This document shows, one piece after another, positions 19,056 through 29,723 of a DNA stretch of 64,000 bases (positions within the stretch are counted from its first letter, which is position 1; every line of letters begins with the position of its first letter). A program made the translations under genes and the position numbers. The DNA is taken from contig CAVSGM010000002.1 of NCBI GenBank assembly GCA_963727485.1, positions 1,408,001 to 1,472,000 of the forward strand, given 5' to 3'. The DNA is from an uncultured delta proteobacterium. Its GTDB lineage: Bacteria > Myxococcota > Myxococcia > SLRQ01. The notes under the pieces were generated by a model, which saw only the letters and a list, made by a program, of their open reading frames with translations, had not been told where the DNA came from and did not search any database.

Positions 19056-20121
19056 TCAGAGCTGGACCGAGATCCCCGCGGAGAGCTCGGTGTCGGTGGA
19101 CTTCTTCCCGGCCGCCGGCGCCCCGATGTAGCGCACCGTGAACCCGAGCTGGAGCGCCAGCCCCTCGGCGATCTGCGCCCCGAGGAGGGTGGTCGAGGCT
19201 CAGGCGCAGGTTCTGGACGTTGACCACGTCCGGGAGGACCTCGACGTCCTCGCTGATGACCGAGGTCTTGGTCAGGGCGTAGCGGAAGGCGAGGGCGATC
19301 CGCGGGGCGTAGATGGTGTCGTCGGGGAGGTTCACCGCCACCGGGAAGTACTGGAACCGGTTCTCCTGGGTGATGCGGAAGCCCAGGTCGGTGCGCAGCT
19401 TGAGGCGCACCAGCTTGCCTTCCTGGTGCTCGACCCAGACGACGCTGGCCCCGGCCTCGCCGTAGCCCTGGACCTCGATGCTCGCCACGTGGTCGGTGGC
19501 GGCGCCGGCGGCGAGATAGGCGCTCACCGGCCCGGAGATCTTCCGATCGCCCCGCGCCCGGACGTCGGCGTTGAGGGCGGTGACCTGGGCGGGGTCGCCG
19601 GGCTTCTCGGGGCGCGTCTGGCCGTAGGCGGCGGTGGCCTTGAGCTCGGTGGACCAGCCATCGAAGCGGGTGTCGACCACCGCCGAGAGCTTGCTGGTGA
19701 TCGCGTTGGCGTTGCCGGTGACCGAGATGAGGTTGGCGCCCAGCGAGCCGCTCCAGGCGGCCTTGGGCTTCTTCCCCGGGGCCGGCGCCGGGGCCGCCGG
19801 CGGCGGCGGAGGCGCCAGCCGGGCGATGGCCGCGGCGGTCTGCTTCGCTGCCTCGGCGGTGGCCTTGGCCGCCTCCGCGGCGGCCTGGGCGGCGGCGGCC
19901 GCGGCCCTTGCCGCCGCGACGGCCTGGTCCACCCGGGTGTCCCCGGAGGACGCGGGGGCCTGGGGCGCGGGCGCGGCGGTGGACGGCGAGGTCGAGGTGG
20001 ATGTCGACGCGGGGGCCGGGGCCGCGTCGGCGAAGGCCGCCGTCGCCGGCGCCGCCAGCAGCACCCCCACCGAGACCGCCACCCACGCTCCGAGACCGCT
20101 TCGCAAGGTCGTCGCCACCAT
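19056..20121 (-). CDS. DUF481/YdiY-like outer-membrane beta-barrel protein (apparent frameshift ~19195)
   Basis: Signal peptide and Ala-rich linker; WSGSLGANLISVTGNANA; alternating beta strands; corrected C-terminus LALQLGFTVRY..P..GKKSTDTELSAGISVQL*. Confidence 0.75.
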
Positions 20122-20993
20122 CACCGCGCCTCCTTCCGGCCGTTCCCGTCGGGGGACACCCCCGGCACCGGCGACGGGTCCTGCTCCTGCCGGTGGTAGA
20201 CCACCTGCCGCGGGAACGGGATCTCCACGCCCTCGGCGTCGAAGGCCGCCTTCACCTGCGCCCGGAGCGCGCGCTCGGCGGCGAACTGCTCCCCGGGCTT
20301 CACCTTGACCACCAGCCGCAGCCCCACGTCCGAGGCGTTGAGGCCCATGACCCCCTGGGCCTCCGGGGGCTCGAGGACCAGGTCGGCGTGCTCGGCGGCC
20401 CAGGCGGCGCCGACGCCCTGGAGGACCTTCATCCCCTGGCCCACGTCCTGCTCGTAGGCGACCCCCACCTCCACGATCGCCCGGGCCCAGCCGCGGGTGA
20501 GGTTGCCGACCTCGGTGATGGCGCCGTTGGGGATGGACCAGAGCTGCCCGTTGAAGCTGCGCACCCGGGTCATCCGCAGGCCCACCTCCTCGATCACCCC
20601 GGTGGCGTTTCCGACCTGGGCCACGTCGCCGACGCGGATCACGTCGTCGAGGATGAGGAAGAACCCGGCGATGACGTCCTTGACCAGGTTCTGGGCGCCG
20701 AAGCCCACGGCCAGGCCCAGGACGCCGGCGCCGGCGAGGACCGCCCCGACGTTGATGCCCAGCTGGGAGAGGGCCATGACCAGGCCGACCCCCACCAGGG
20801 TCACCTTCACCAGGCCCCGGAGGATCCCCGCGAGGGTCTCGCTCCGGCGGCGGATGGTCCGGGCGGCGGCGCGGGCGACGACGGAGGCGACGATCCAGGC
20901 GCCGACCACGATGGCGATGGCCACCGCGATGTCCGTGAGCAGGCCCGGCGCCTGGTTGCGCAGGAAACCCCAGATCTGATCCCAGAACCGCAT
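20121..20993 (-). CDS. Small-conductance mechanosensitive channel (MscS/YbiO-like)
   Basis: AGAGVLGLAVGFGAQNLVKDVIAGFF, RVGDV, TGVIEEVGLRMT, IPNG, IEIPFP-like end. Confidence 0.93.
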   Translation of the reverse strand: MRFWDQIWGFLRNQAPGLLTDIAVAIAIVVGAWIVASVVARAAARTIRRRSETLAGILRGLVKVTLVGVGLVMALSQLGINVGAVLAGAGVLGLAVGFGAQNLVKDVIAGFFLILDDVIRVGDVAQVGNATGVIEEVGLRMTRVRSFNGQLWSIPNGAITEVGNLTRGWARAIVEVGVAYEQDVGQGMKVLQGVGAAWAAEHADLVLEPPEAQGVMGLNASDVGLRLVVKVKPGEQFAAERALRAQVKAAFDAEGVEIPFPRQVVYHRQEQDPSPVPGVSPDGNGRKEAR

Positions 20994-21138
20994 CGTCCCC
21001 TCCCCAGCTGGCGGTGCCGGACGCCGCGGCGGCGCCCAGGGCAACCTGGACTCTAGGTCCTCCCCAGGGGATTGCAACTCCCCGGGATTCGGCCCGGTTC
21101 GACGGAGCCTGGGCGAAGCCTGGACGCCGCCTGGCGAC

Positions 21139-22134
21139 CTACGCCGGCCGGGCCAGGGTGAGGGCGAAGAAGTCGTCGGTCGGGGTGTCGAACCGCGCCA
21201 CGTTGAAGCCCGCCGCCTCGAGCATGCTGGTCACCGACGGCCGGGTGAACTTCCGGCTCACCTCGGTGTGGATGCTCTCGCCCTCGGCGAAGGGGACCTG
21301 GAGGTCCAGGGCCTCGAGGTGCACCGTCTGGGCCCGCTTGGAGACCAGGTGCATCTCCACCCGCGCCTTCGCGGGATCGAAGAAGGCCCGGTGCTCGAAG
21401 GCCTCGGGGTCGAAGTCGGCGCCGAGCTCCCGGTCGAGGACGGTGAGGAGGTTCTTGTTGAAGGCGGCGGTGAGCCCCTCGGGGTCGTTGTAGGCCCGGT
21501 CGAGGATCGCCTTGTCCTTGACCAGGTCGGTGCCCAGGAGCAGGGCGTCGCCTACGTGGAGGTGGGCCCGGACCTTGGAGAGGAAGGCCACCGCGTCGTC
21601 GGGCTCGAAGTTCCCGATGGTCCCGCCGAGGAAGGCCACCAGGCGCCTGGCCCCGGCGGGCATCCGGGGGAGCGTGTGCTCGTAGTCGCCGACGATGCCG
21701 TGGATGGCGAGCCAGGGGTAGTCGGCCAGCAGCGCCTGGGCGCTCGTCCGGAGCATGGAGGCGCTCACGTCCATGGGCACGAAGGTCACCGGGCCCTCGG
21801 CGGCGTGCATCGCCTCCAGGAGGATCCGGGTCTTCCGGGCGGCGCCGCTGCCGAGCTCCACCAGGTGGGTCGGGTCCACCTCGGCCATCACCTCGCCGGC
21901 CACCGCCTCGAGGAGGGCGGCCTCGGTCCGGGTGGGGTAGTAGGCCTCGGTGTGGCAGATGGCGTCGAAGAGCTTCGAGCCCCGCTCGTCGTAGAAGTAC
22001 TTCGGGGGCAGGCGCTTGACCTCGCCGGTGAGGCCGGCGCGGACGTCGTCCTCGAGGGTGGCCGCGGGCTGCCCGCCAGGGGCGACGTCGAGGGTCAGGC
22101 GCTCGGGCGCGGGGGCGGTGGGCTGGCGTTCCAT
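21139..22134 (-). CDS. egtD: L-histidine N-alpha-methyltransferase
   Basis: KRLPPKYFYDERGSKLFDAIC..YYPTRTE, ELGSG, GGTIGNF, AYND..G.TAAFNKN, IHTEVSRKF. Confidence 0.92.
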   Translation of the reverse strand: MERQPTAPAPERLTLDVAPGGQPAATLEDDVRAGLTGEVKRLPPKYFYDERGSKLFDAICHTEAYYPTRTEAALLEAVAGEVMAEVDPTHLVELGSGAARKTRILLEAMHAAEGPVTFVPMDVSASMLRTSAQALLADYPWLAIHGIVGDYEHTLPRMPAGARRLVAFLGGTIGNFEPDDAVAFLSKVRAHLHVGDALLLGTDLVKDKAILDRAYNDPEGLTAAFNKNLLTVLDRELGADFDPEAFEHRAFFDPAKARVEMHLVSKRAQTVHLEALDLQVPFAEGESIHTEVSRKFTRPSVTSMLEAAGFNVARFDTPTDDFFALTLARPA

Positions 22135-22193
22135 CGACGGCCTCCTCGGGGGATCCTACCAGCCCTTGGGCCGCGGGCCACCCCCGGCAGGGG

Positions 22194-23093
22194 TCACGCG
22201 GCCTTCAGGGTGGCGCCGAGGGCGGCCTCGAGGGTGCGGTGTCGGAAGGGGTAGCCGGCGGCCTCGAGGGCCGCGGGGGCGACCCGGGCGCTGGCGAAGA
22301 GCAGGGCGTCGGCCATCTCGCCCATGGCCAGGCGGGCGGCGAAGGCGGGGACCGGCATCAGGGTGGGGCGGTGGAGCACCGTGCCCAGGGTCCGGGTGAA
22401 CTCGAGGTTCCGCACCGGCGCCGGGCCCACCACGTTCACCGGGCCTTCGAGGCTGTCGGCGTGGAGGGCGAAGGTGGCGGCGCCGACGACGTCCTCGACG
22501 CTCACCCAGCTCATCCACTGCTGGCCGTCCCCGAGGCGGCCCCCGAGGCCGAGCTTGAAGATCGGCGCCAGCCGGGCGAGCAGGCCCCCCTCGCCGAGGA
22601 CCAGGCCCAGGCGCAGCAGGGCCACCCGGATCCCCGCCTCGGCGGCGACGGCGGTCTCGCGCTCCCAGGCCTGGCAGACCTCCGGGAGGAAGCCGGTGCC
22701 CGGGGGGCTGTGCTCATCGAGGACCTCGTCGCCGCGGTCGCCGTAGATCCCGATGGCCGAGGCGGAGACCATCACCCCCGGCCGCTTCCGGCAGTGGGCC
22801 AGCGCCCCGGCGAGCAGCCGGGTGCCCGCCTCGCGGCTCTCGAGGATCCGCTGCTTTCGGGCCTCGGTCCACCGGCCGGCGGCGATGGGCTCGCCGGCGA
22901 GGTGGATGACCGCGTCGAAGCCCTCCACCGCCTCGGGATCGAGGCGCCCGGCCTCGGGGGACCAGGGGATGGCCTCGCCCTCGGCGTGGGCCGGGGTCCG
23001 GGTGAGGGTGACCACCCGGTGACCCTGCCGGCCGAGCTTGGCCTCCAGGGCCCGGCCGAGGAAGCCGGTGGCGCCGCTCATCAGGATCCGCAT
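22194..23093 (-). CDS. TIGR01777/YfcH-family NAD-dependent epimerase
   Basis: ILMSGATGFLG, IHLAGEPI..RWT, SASAIGIYG, GGRLGDGQQWMSWV, C-terminal DUF1731-like region. Confidence 0.92.
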   Translation of the reverse strand: MRILMSGATGFLGRALEAKLGRQGHRVVTLTRTPAHAEGEAIPWSPEAGRLDPEAVEGFDAVIHLAGEPIAAGRWTEARKQRILESREAGTRLLAGALAHCRKRPGVMVSASAIGIYGDRGDEVLDEHSPPGTGFLPEVCQAWERETAVAAEAGIRVALLRLGLVLGEGGLLARLAPIFKLGLGGRLGDGQQWMSWVSVEDVVGAATFALHADSLEGPVNVVGPAPVRNLEFTRTLGTVLHRPTLMPVPAFAARLAMGEMADALLFASARVAPAALEAAGYPFRHRTLEAALGATLKAA

Positions 23094-23159
23094 CGCCCCG
23101 TTAGATAGGGACCGCCCGGGCCCCATGGCAAGGGGTCCGGTTTGGGGTAGCGTCGGCCC

Positions 23160-24269
23160 ATGCGCCGCCTCGCCCGGCTCGGCTGCCTGCTGCTCACCGC
23201 GACCGCCGCCACCCCCGCCCTGGCCCACCAGACCGCGGCCAGCCGCCTGGAGATCAACGTCCGCGCCCCGGCCCGGGCGGTGGACGTCCTGTTCATCCTC
23301 CCGGCCCGGGACCTCGCCGACACCCTGGGCCTCCCGGGGGGCCCCGGCGGCCTGGCGACGAAGGCGGGCCTCGCCGCCGAGAAGGCCCGCATCGACCGCT
23401 ACCTCGACCAGACGGTCGCGGTCCTCGCCGACCACCACCGCTGCGCCCCGGCTCCCGCGTCCACCCTCCGCCCGGCCGCCGGCGGCCGCCACGTCCTCTG
23501 GCTCGCCACCTTCCAGTGCGACCGGCCGATCCGGGTCCTGCGCCTGGAGGTGCGCACCCTCTTCGAGAACGGCCGCTACCGCCACTTCGCGCGGATCCAG
23601 GTGGGCGCCCGGATCTACCCGGCGGTGTTCAGCCCGCGCCTGCCCTACTGGGAGCTGCGCCTGGGGACGGCGCCGTCGCTCTGGCGCATCGTCGGCCGCT
23701 TCGGGTGGCAGGGGGTGCGCCACATCCTCTCGGGGCCGGACCACATCCTCTTCATCGTCTGCCTGCTCCTGGTGGCGCGCTCCCTCAAGGAGCTGCTGGG
23801 GGTGGTCTCGGCGTTCACCGTGGCCCACACCCTCACCCTGCTCCTCTCGGCCCTGGGGGTGATGACCCTCCCTCCGCGGATCGCCGAGCCGGCCATCGCC
23901 GCCACCATCGCCTACGTCGCCTTCGAGAACCTGCGCCTGGGCCTCAAGGGCAGGCTGAAGCCGCCCCACCGCTACCTGGTGACCTTCGTGTTCGGCCTGG
24001 TCCACGGCTTCGGCTTCTCCTACGTCCTGCGCCGTCAGCTCGACCTGCCGACCCACGCCCTGCTCCCGGCCCTCTTCGCCTTCAACGGCGGGGTGGAGGT
24101 GGGCCAGGCGATCATCGTGGTGTCGGTGTGGCCGTGGGTCCGCTGGCTGATGGGCCGGCGCGCCTACCCGCGGATCCTGGTGGTCGTCAGCGCCGGGGTC
24201 CTGGCGATGGCCCTGTGGTGGATGGTCACCCGGGCCCTCGGTCCCGCTATACTGACCGGCTCCGGATGA
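23160..24269 (+). CDS. HupE/UreJ-family (HupE_UreJ_2) membrane protein
   Basis: Signal peptide AH; GVRHILSGPDHILF, FTVAHTLTL, FGLVHGFGF, FNGGVEVGQ. Confidence 0.9.
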   Translation: MRRLARLGCLLLTATAATPALAHQTAASRLEINVRAPARAVDVLFILPARDLADTLGLPGGPGGLATKAGLAAEKARIDRYLDQTVAVLADHHRCAPAPASTLRPAAGGRHVLWLATFQCDRPIRVLRLEVRTLFENGRYRHFARIQVGARIYPAVFSPRLPYWELRLGTAPSLWRIVGRFGWQGVRHILSGPDHILFIVCLLLVARSLKELLGVVSAFTVAHTLTLLLSALGVMTLPPRIAEPAIAATIAYVAFENLRLGLKGRLKPPHRYLVTFVFGLVHGFGFSYVLRRQLDLPTHALLPALFAFNGGVEVGQAIIVVSVWPWVRWLMGRRAYPRILVVVSAGVLAMALWWMVTRALGPAILTGSG

Positions 24270-25966
24270 CGACCCACACCAAGAGCCACGACACCCCGAC
24301 CTCCGGCGTCCCCCGGTTCGAGCCCGAGGTCTTCGGCAAGTACTTCCTGCTCCAGCGCATGGCGGTGGGGGGCATGGCCGAGGTGATCCGCGCCAAGACC
24401 CTCGGCGCCGGCGGCTTCCAGAAGGAGCTGGTGGTCAAGCGCATCCTCCCCAAGCTCGCCAAGGACCACAGCTTCGTGCGGATGTTCGTCAACGAGGCCA
24501 AGATCACCGTGGGCCTCACCCACCCCAACATCGCCCAGATCTTCGAGCTGGGGCAGGTGGGCGAGACCTACTTCATGTCCATGGAGCTGGTCGACGGGAT
24601 CCAGGTCCGGGAGCTGGTGCCCCTCTTCCGCGAGCACCGCCTGGGGGTGGACCACGCGGTGTGGCTCTGCCTCGAGGCCCTCAAGGGGCTCGACCACGCC
24701 CACCGGGCCACCGACGCCCTGGGGGTGCCGCTGGGGATCGTCCACTGCGACATCAGCCCCGACAACCTCATGGTCACCTTCGACGCCGGGGTGAAGGTCG
24801 TCGACTTCGGCATCGCCCGGGCGGCCACCGGGCTGTCCAACGCCAAGAGCGGCACGGTGATGGGCAAGGTGAACTACCTCTCGCCCGAGCAGGCGACCGC
24901 CGGGGCGGTGGACGCGCGCACCGACGTGTTCGCCGTGGGCGTGGTCCTCTACCACCTGCTCACCGGCGCCTACCCCTATGGCCGCTTCGAGCGCCTCGAG
25001 GACCTGGTGCCCCTGGTGGCCGGCGAGGTGCCCTACATCGCCGCCCGGGAGCACGACAAGCGCATCCCCGACGAGCTCGACCCCATCCTCAAGCGCGCGG
25101 TGGCGGTGCGCCGGGAGGACCGGTTCCCCGACGCCCGGGCCCTGATGGTCGCCCTCGAGGAGACGCTCTACCCCACGCCCCACTCGGCCATCGCCGAGCA
25201 CCTGCGGGTGGAGGTGGGCCGGACCTTCGCCTCCCACCGCGACCGGATGGCGCGGCTGCGGGCCAACGACGAGACGGTGATGCGGATCCTCGGCCGCCGG
25301 GTCGAGGCCAAGGCCAAGGACGAGAGCCCGGACCTGGAGCTGGTCGAGGCCCTCACCCGGCAGCGGGACCACACCCGGACCCAGCGGACGGCCCCGGTGC
25401 GCCGGCCCCGCCCCCGGCGCCGGTCGCCGTGGCGGCTCTCGCTCGCCCAGCTCGCGGTGTCGGTGCTCCTCGCCGCCGCCCTCGCCGCCTCGGGCCTCGC
25501 CGGGTGGCGGTGGCTCGCCCCGGGGGCGCTGGTGATCACCTCCACCCCGCCGGGGGCCCGGGTGATCGTCGACGGCACCCCGGCGCCGGGGGTCACCCCG
25601 GTGGTGCTCCAGGGGATGAACCGCCACAAGCGCTACCGCATCCGCGTCCAGAGCGCCGGCCACGCCGACTGGACCGGCGCGGCGGTGCCCGACGGCCGGG
25701 GGGTCACGGTGGTCAACGCGGACCTCGAGAGCCAGGAGGGCGACCTCGAGGTCGAGTCGGTGCCCCCCGGGGCCGAGGTCTTCCTCGACGACGCGCCCAG
25801 GGGCCGCACCCCCACCGTGCTCCGCGGGGTCGACCTCCGGGTGCCCCACAAGCTCGAGCTCCGGCGCCGGGGCTTCGAGCCCGACGCCGCGGTGCTCCAG
25901 CACCTCCACGGCGGCGACACGGTGAAGCGGGTGCTCCACCGGGCCGGGCGCCGCCGCCGGCGCTAG
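24266..25966 (+). CDS. Membrane Ser/Thr protein kinase with two PEGA domains
   Basis: GGMAEV, VVKRIL, HPNIAQI, HCDISPDN, DFG, GKVNYLSPEQ, DVFAVG; TM helix; ITSTPPGARVIVDG and VESVPPGAEVFLD. Confidence 0.95.
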   Translation: MTTHTKSHDTPTSGVPRFEPEVFGKYFLLQRMAVGGMAEVIRAKTLGAGGFQKELVVKRILPKLAKDHSFVRMFVNEAKITVGLTHPNIAQIFELGQVGETYFMSMELVDGIQVRELVPLFREHRLGVDHAVWLCLEALKGLDHAHRATDALGVPLGIVHCDISPDNLMVTFDAGVKVVDFGIARAATGLSNAKSGTVMGKVNYLSPEQATAGAVDARTDVFAVGVVLYHLLTGAYPYGRFERLEDLVPLVAGEVPYIAAREHDKRIPDELDPILKRAVAVRREDRFPDARALMVALEETLYPTPHSAIAEHLRVEVGRTFASHRDRMARLRANDETVMRILGRRVEAKAKDESPDLELVEALTRQRDHTRTQRTAPVRRPRPRRRSPWRLSLAQLAVSVLLAAALAASGLAGWRWLAPGALVITSTPPGARVIVDGTPAPGVTPVVLQGMNRHKRYRIRVQSAGHADWTGAAVPDGRGVTVVNADLESQEGDLEVESVPPGAEVFLDDAPRGRTPTVLRGVDLRVPHKLELRRRGFEPDAAVLQHLHGGDTVKRVLHRAGRRRRR

Positions 25967-27455
25967 CTAGTAGCGCTGGCCGAGCCAGGCCACGGCGTTC
26001 TGGAAGAACACCGCGTCGTCGTAGGGATCGGCCGAGGTGTGGTCCCAGGCGTCGTACTGGGGCTTGGTCCAGTTGGTGGCCGTGCCGTCGTCGGCGCTCG
26101 AGGAGTCACCGTGGACCACGAACCGCCCGGCGCCCAGCTGCCCGGCGGCGTCGAAGGTGCCCCCGGCGAGGGTGGCGAGCTCGAGGACGCTGGGGTTGGT
26201 GGCGGTGTCCAGGGTCATGGTGCTGCCGTTCCAGCAGCCCAGGGTCGACACCGAGCCGTAGGGGCCGCGCATGGGGGCCGCCCCGGACGTGGCCTGGACC
26301 GTGCCCGAGTCGTTTGAGCCGTCCAGGTGCACCCCCCAGCTGTCCGAGGCGAAGAGCTGGTTGAGGATCTGCACCGCGTCGGCCCCGGAGTGGTTCCGGT
26401 CGGCGTTGCCGTGGTCGCTGATGGCGAGGAGGCCCCCGCCGGCGCGGACGAAGGCGTCGATGGCCTGGATCTCGCTCGCGGAGAGGGTGTCGTTGGGCTC
26501 GGGGAGGACCAGCACCTGGAAGTGCGAGAGGTCCTGGGCCCCGCCGCTCCCGTAGGTCAGCTGGCCGCCGGGGGGCAGGGTCTCCAGCGTGTCCCCGTCC
26601 TTGTAGAGGGCGACGCCGAAGCTGGAGTAGGCGCCCGTCCAGTCGGTGCCGGTGGTGGGGCTCGACGGCGCGGGGATGGGCATGTTGGAGTCGATGATCC
26701 AGTCGGCGTTCCCCGCCTGCTCGGCGTGGGCGTCGTCGAAGAGGACGTGGAGGCTGCCGGTGCCGCCGCCGCCGGAGCCGCCGTCGGTGCCGCCGGTGCC
26801 CCCGTCGGTGCCGCCGCCCGTGGTCCCGCCGTCGGTCCCGCCCCCGCAGCTGCTGGGCGGGGCCTCGCAGGCGCAGGTGGAGGTGTCGCACCACCAGCCG
26901 TTGTAGCAGCCGTTGGCCTGGCAGTTCCCCGAGCCCGGGGTGCACGAGGTGCAGCAGAGGTTCGGGGTGCTCGGGGGCGCCGCCGGGCCGCACCAGCCGG
27001 GGTTGCCCCCGTTGCCCCCGTCGGTGACCGTCCCGCCATCGGTGCCGCCGGTGCCGCCGGTGCCGCCATCGGTGACCGTCCCGCCGTCGGTGCCGGCGCC
27101 GCAGGTGGTGGGCGGGGCCACGCAGCCGCAGGCCGAGGTGTCGCACCACCAGCCGTTGTAGCAGCCGTTGGCCTGGCAGTTCGCCGAGCCCGGGGTGCAC
27201 GAGGTGCAGCAGAGGTTCGCGGCGCTCGGGGGCGCCGCCGGGCCGCACCAGCCGGCGTAGCCGCCGTCGGCGTTGCTGCCGTTGCCGCCGTCGTTGGCCG
27301 TCCCGCCGTCCGTGGCCCCGGTGCCCCCGCCGTCGGCCACCGTGCCCCCGCCGCCATCGGTCCCGGTGCCGCCGCCTATCGGAGCCCCCGTAGGCGCCAC
27401 ACGCGGCGAGGCCGAGGACCAGGGAGGCGAGGAGGACGAGGCGAACGCGGGTCAT
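25967..27455 (-). CDS. Lipoprotein: DGG linkers, two 10-Cys modules, C-terminal class I GATase-like (DUF4350-like) domain (apparent frameshift ~27390)
   Basis: MTRVRLVLLASLVLGLAAC lipobox in another frame; body in ORF 25967..27400 with VLFDDAHAEQAGNADW, LVLPEPN, FVRAGGGLLAISDH..ADRN, GDSS. Confidence 0.75.
26846..27250 (-). repeat. Two near-identical 150-nt coding repeats (26846-26995 and 27101-27250); third copy at 28207-28356
   Basis: Each encodes WCGxxAPPxxxNLCCxSCTxGxxxCQANGCYxGWWCDTSxCxCxxPxxxC. Confidence 0.95.
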
Positions 27456-27576
27456 GGGGGGCGTCTCCGGATGGGGTCCGGGGACGCTACCCCCAGGCCC
27501 CACCCCGGGCAATCGCCCGACAGCCGACGTAAGGCCATGATTCCCGGAGGGCAAGGAGCCCCGGGCCGGCGCGGGC

Positions 27577-28532
27577 CTAAGGCGATTGGAGGGGATCGCA
27601 GCCCCGGCCGAAGCAGAATCCGGAGCACCGGGTGGAGCTCGATCCCGTTGGGCGCCACGCCCGGTCTGGCCGTGGATCTCGTCGAAGAACCCGACGCCCA
27701 CCAGGCTGACGGTGTAGCTCGGGAACCCGGCGGAGGTCGTCGGGTGGAGGTACTGCTCCACCTCGTGCCGGGCGTGGGTGATGGTGCAGAAGAAGGGGCT
27801 CGAGGGGGTCACGCAGCCCGGGTAGGGGACCTCGACGATCATCGACCCCGGAGCCGTCGGAGACCATCAGGTGGTAGTCGCTGTCGTCCTCGAGCTTGTC
27901 CCAGGAGAGGTGCACGTCGCGCAGCTCCCACACCTGGGTCTCGGTGGGGGCCTGGCGCGGGAGGTACATCCCGTTGCCGGCGGCGATCTGCGAGGGGGCG
28001 GGGAGGGTGCGCAGGTGGGCGATGGTGGTCTGCTGGACGTTGGTGAGGCTCACCTGGGCGGCCGCCGGGTCGCCGCCGGTCTTGATCGACCAGCGCCAGG
28101 CGCCGCACTTGCCGGTGGACTCGGCGTGGTCGTAGGTGGCGCTGGTGGTGCAGGCGAGGCCGGTGGCGCCCGGGGGCGTGGTGGTGCCGCCGTCGCTCGT
28201 CGAGCCGCAGGCGGCGCTCGGGGAGACGCAGGTGCACGCCGAGGTGTCGCACCACCAGCCGCCGTAGCAGCCGTTTGCCTGGCAGCCGCTCTGGCCGGCG
28301 GTGCACGAGGCGCAGCAGAGGTTCGCGGCGTCCGGGGGGGCGACCTGGCCGCACCAGGCCGTGCCCGCGTCGGCGGCGCCCCCGTCGCCGGTCCCGCCGT
28401 CGTCGACCACCGCGCCCCCGTCCCCCCGGTGCCGCCGTCGGCGGGGAAGATCGGTACGCCCTTGAGCACCCCGCAGGCCCCGAGGAAGGCCCCGAGGAGG
28501 ATGGCGAGGACGAGGGGCAGGCGGCGGCGCAT
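27577..28532 (-). CDS. Lipoprotein with one 10-Cys module and an uncharacterised (possibly OB-fold-like) C-terminal domain; several apparent frameshifts (~28420, ~27845, ~27660, ~27615)
   Basis: Lipobox FLGAC; pieces CGAWRWSIKTGGD, KLEDDSDYHL, MIVEVPYPGC, GVGFFDEIHGQTG, APNGIELHPVL lie in successive frames and read as one domain. Confidence 0.7.
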
Positions 28533-28655
28533 GGACGGGTCTCCTTCGGCGGCCCCCCGGCCACCCCAGCATCCGCCGCCGGGGCCGCGCCGGTCAACTT
28601 CGCGCCGATCCCCGAGGTAAGCGCCCGGGCGCCCCCGGCCCTACACTGACGGGCC

Positions 28656-29549
28656 ATGGCCCGCACCCCACCCTGGTTCGAGGACGCCCTCCACCACAGA
28701 CCCGAGCACCGCACCGTCCCCGTCGACGACTGCGCGGTCCACTACCTGCGCTGGGGCGATCCTGCGGACCCGGGGTTGATCCTGGTCCACGGCGGCGCCG
28801 CCCACGCCGAGTGGTGGAGCTTCCTCGCCCCGATGCTCGCCCGGCGCTACCACGTGGTGGCCCCGGACCTCTCGGGCCACGGCGACAGCGGCCGGCGGGC
28901 GGCCTACTCGGAGACCCTCTGGGCCAGAGGAGGTGGTGGCCGTCGCCGCCGACGCGGGGATGACGGCGCCCCCGGTGATCGTCGGCCACTCCATGGGGGG
29001 CCTGGTCACGGTGACCACCGCGGCGCTCCACCCCGAGGCGCCTCGCCGGGGCGATCCTGGTGGACACCCCGGTCCGCGCCCCCGACCCGGAGACCGCCGC
29101 GAGGGACACCGGCCGCGCCTTCCGGGGCCTGAAGACCTACGCGACCCGGCGCGAGGCGGTGGCCCGGTTCCGCCTCATCCCCGACCAGCCCTGCGAGAAC
29201 GACTTCATCCTCGACTCACCTCGCCCGGACCTCGGTGCGCTCGGTGGAGGGCGGCGGCTTCCAGTGGAAGTTCGACCCGAACATCTTCGACGGCATCCCC
29301 CGGGACAAGATGGCCGGCTACCTCGACCGGGTGGGCTGCCGGGTGGCGATGTTCCGGGGCGAGCTGTCCACGGTGGTGCCCCGGGAGACCGGCCGGGAGA
29401 TGTACGAGCGCCTCGGGCGCAACACCCCGCTCATCGAGGTCCCCGAGGCCCACCACCACCTCCTCCTCGACCAGCCGCTGGCCTTCGTCACCGGGCTGCG
29501 GGCGGTCCTCGAGGACTGGGCCCACTCGGTGCCGGCGAGCGCCCCGTGA
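28656..29549 (+). CDS. Alpha/beta hydrolase (apparent frameshifts ~28925, ~29045, ~29215)
   Basis: LVHGGAAHAEWW, PDLSGHGDS, GHSMGG nucleophile elbow, WKFDP, AHHHLLLDQP. Confidence 0.85.
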
Positions 29550-29723
29550 CCCCGCGCCCTCTCAAGGGGCCCACGGTGATCGTCGCCGCCGGCGAGGGCG
29601 CCCCAGGGGCCGCATAGGCACGGAAAAGCCCCGCGCACCGCCTTTACGCACCGCGCCACGGGCGGTATCTTCCGCGCCCGCAACGCTGCGGAACCACACC
29701 GGGAACTCGTCCTCGGAGGCCCC

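Noticed and set aside
26760..27380. Short tandem CCGCCGTCGGTG-like repeats and the 150-nt repeats as a possible CRISPR array
   Set aside because: They are in-frame coding repeats (GGTDGG linkers and the Cys module), with no constant-repeat/unique-spacer structure and no cas genes.
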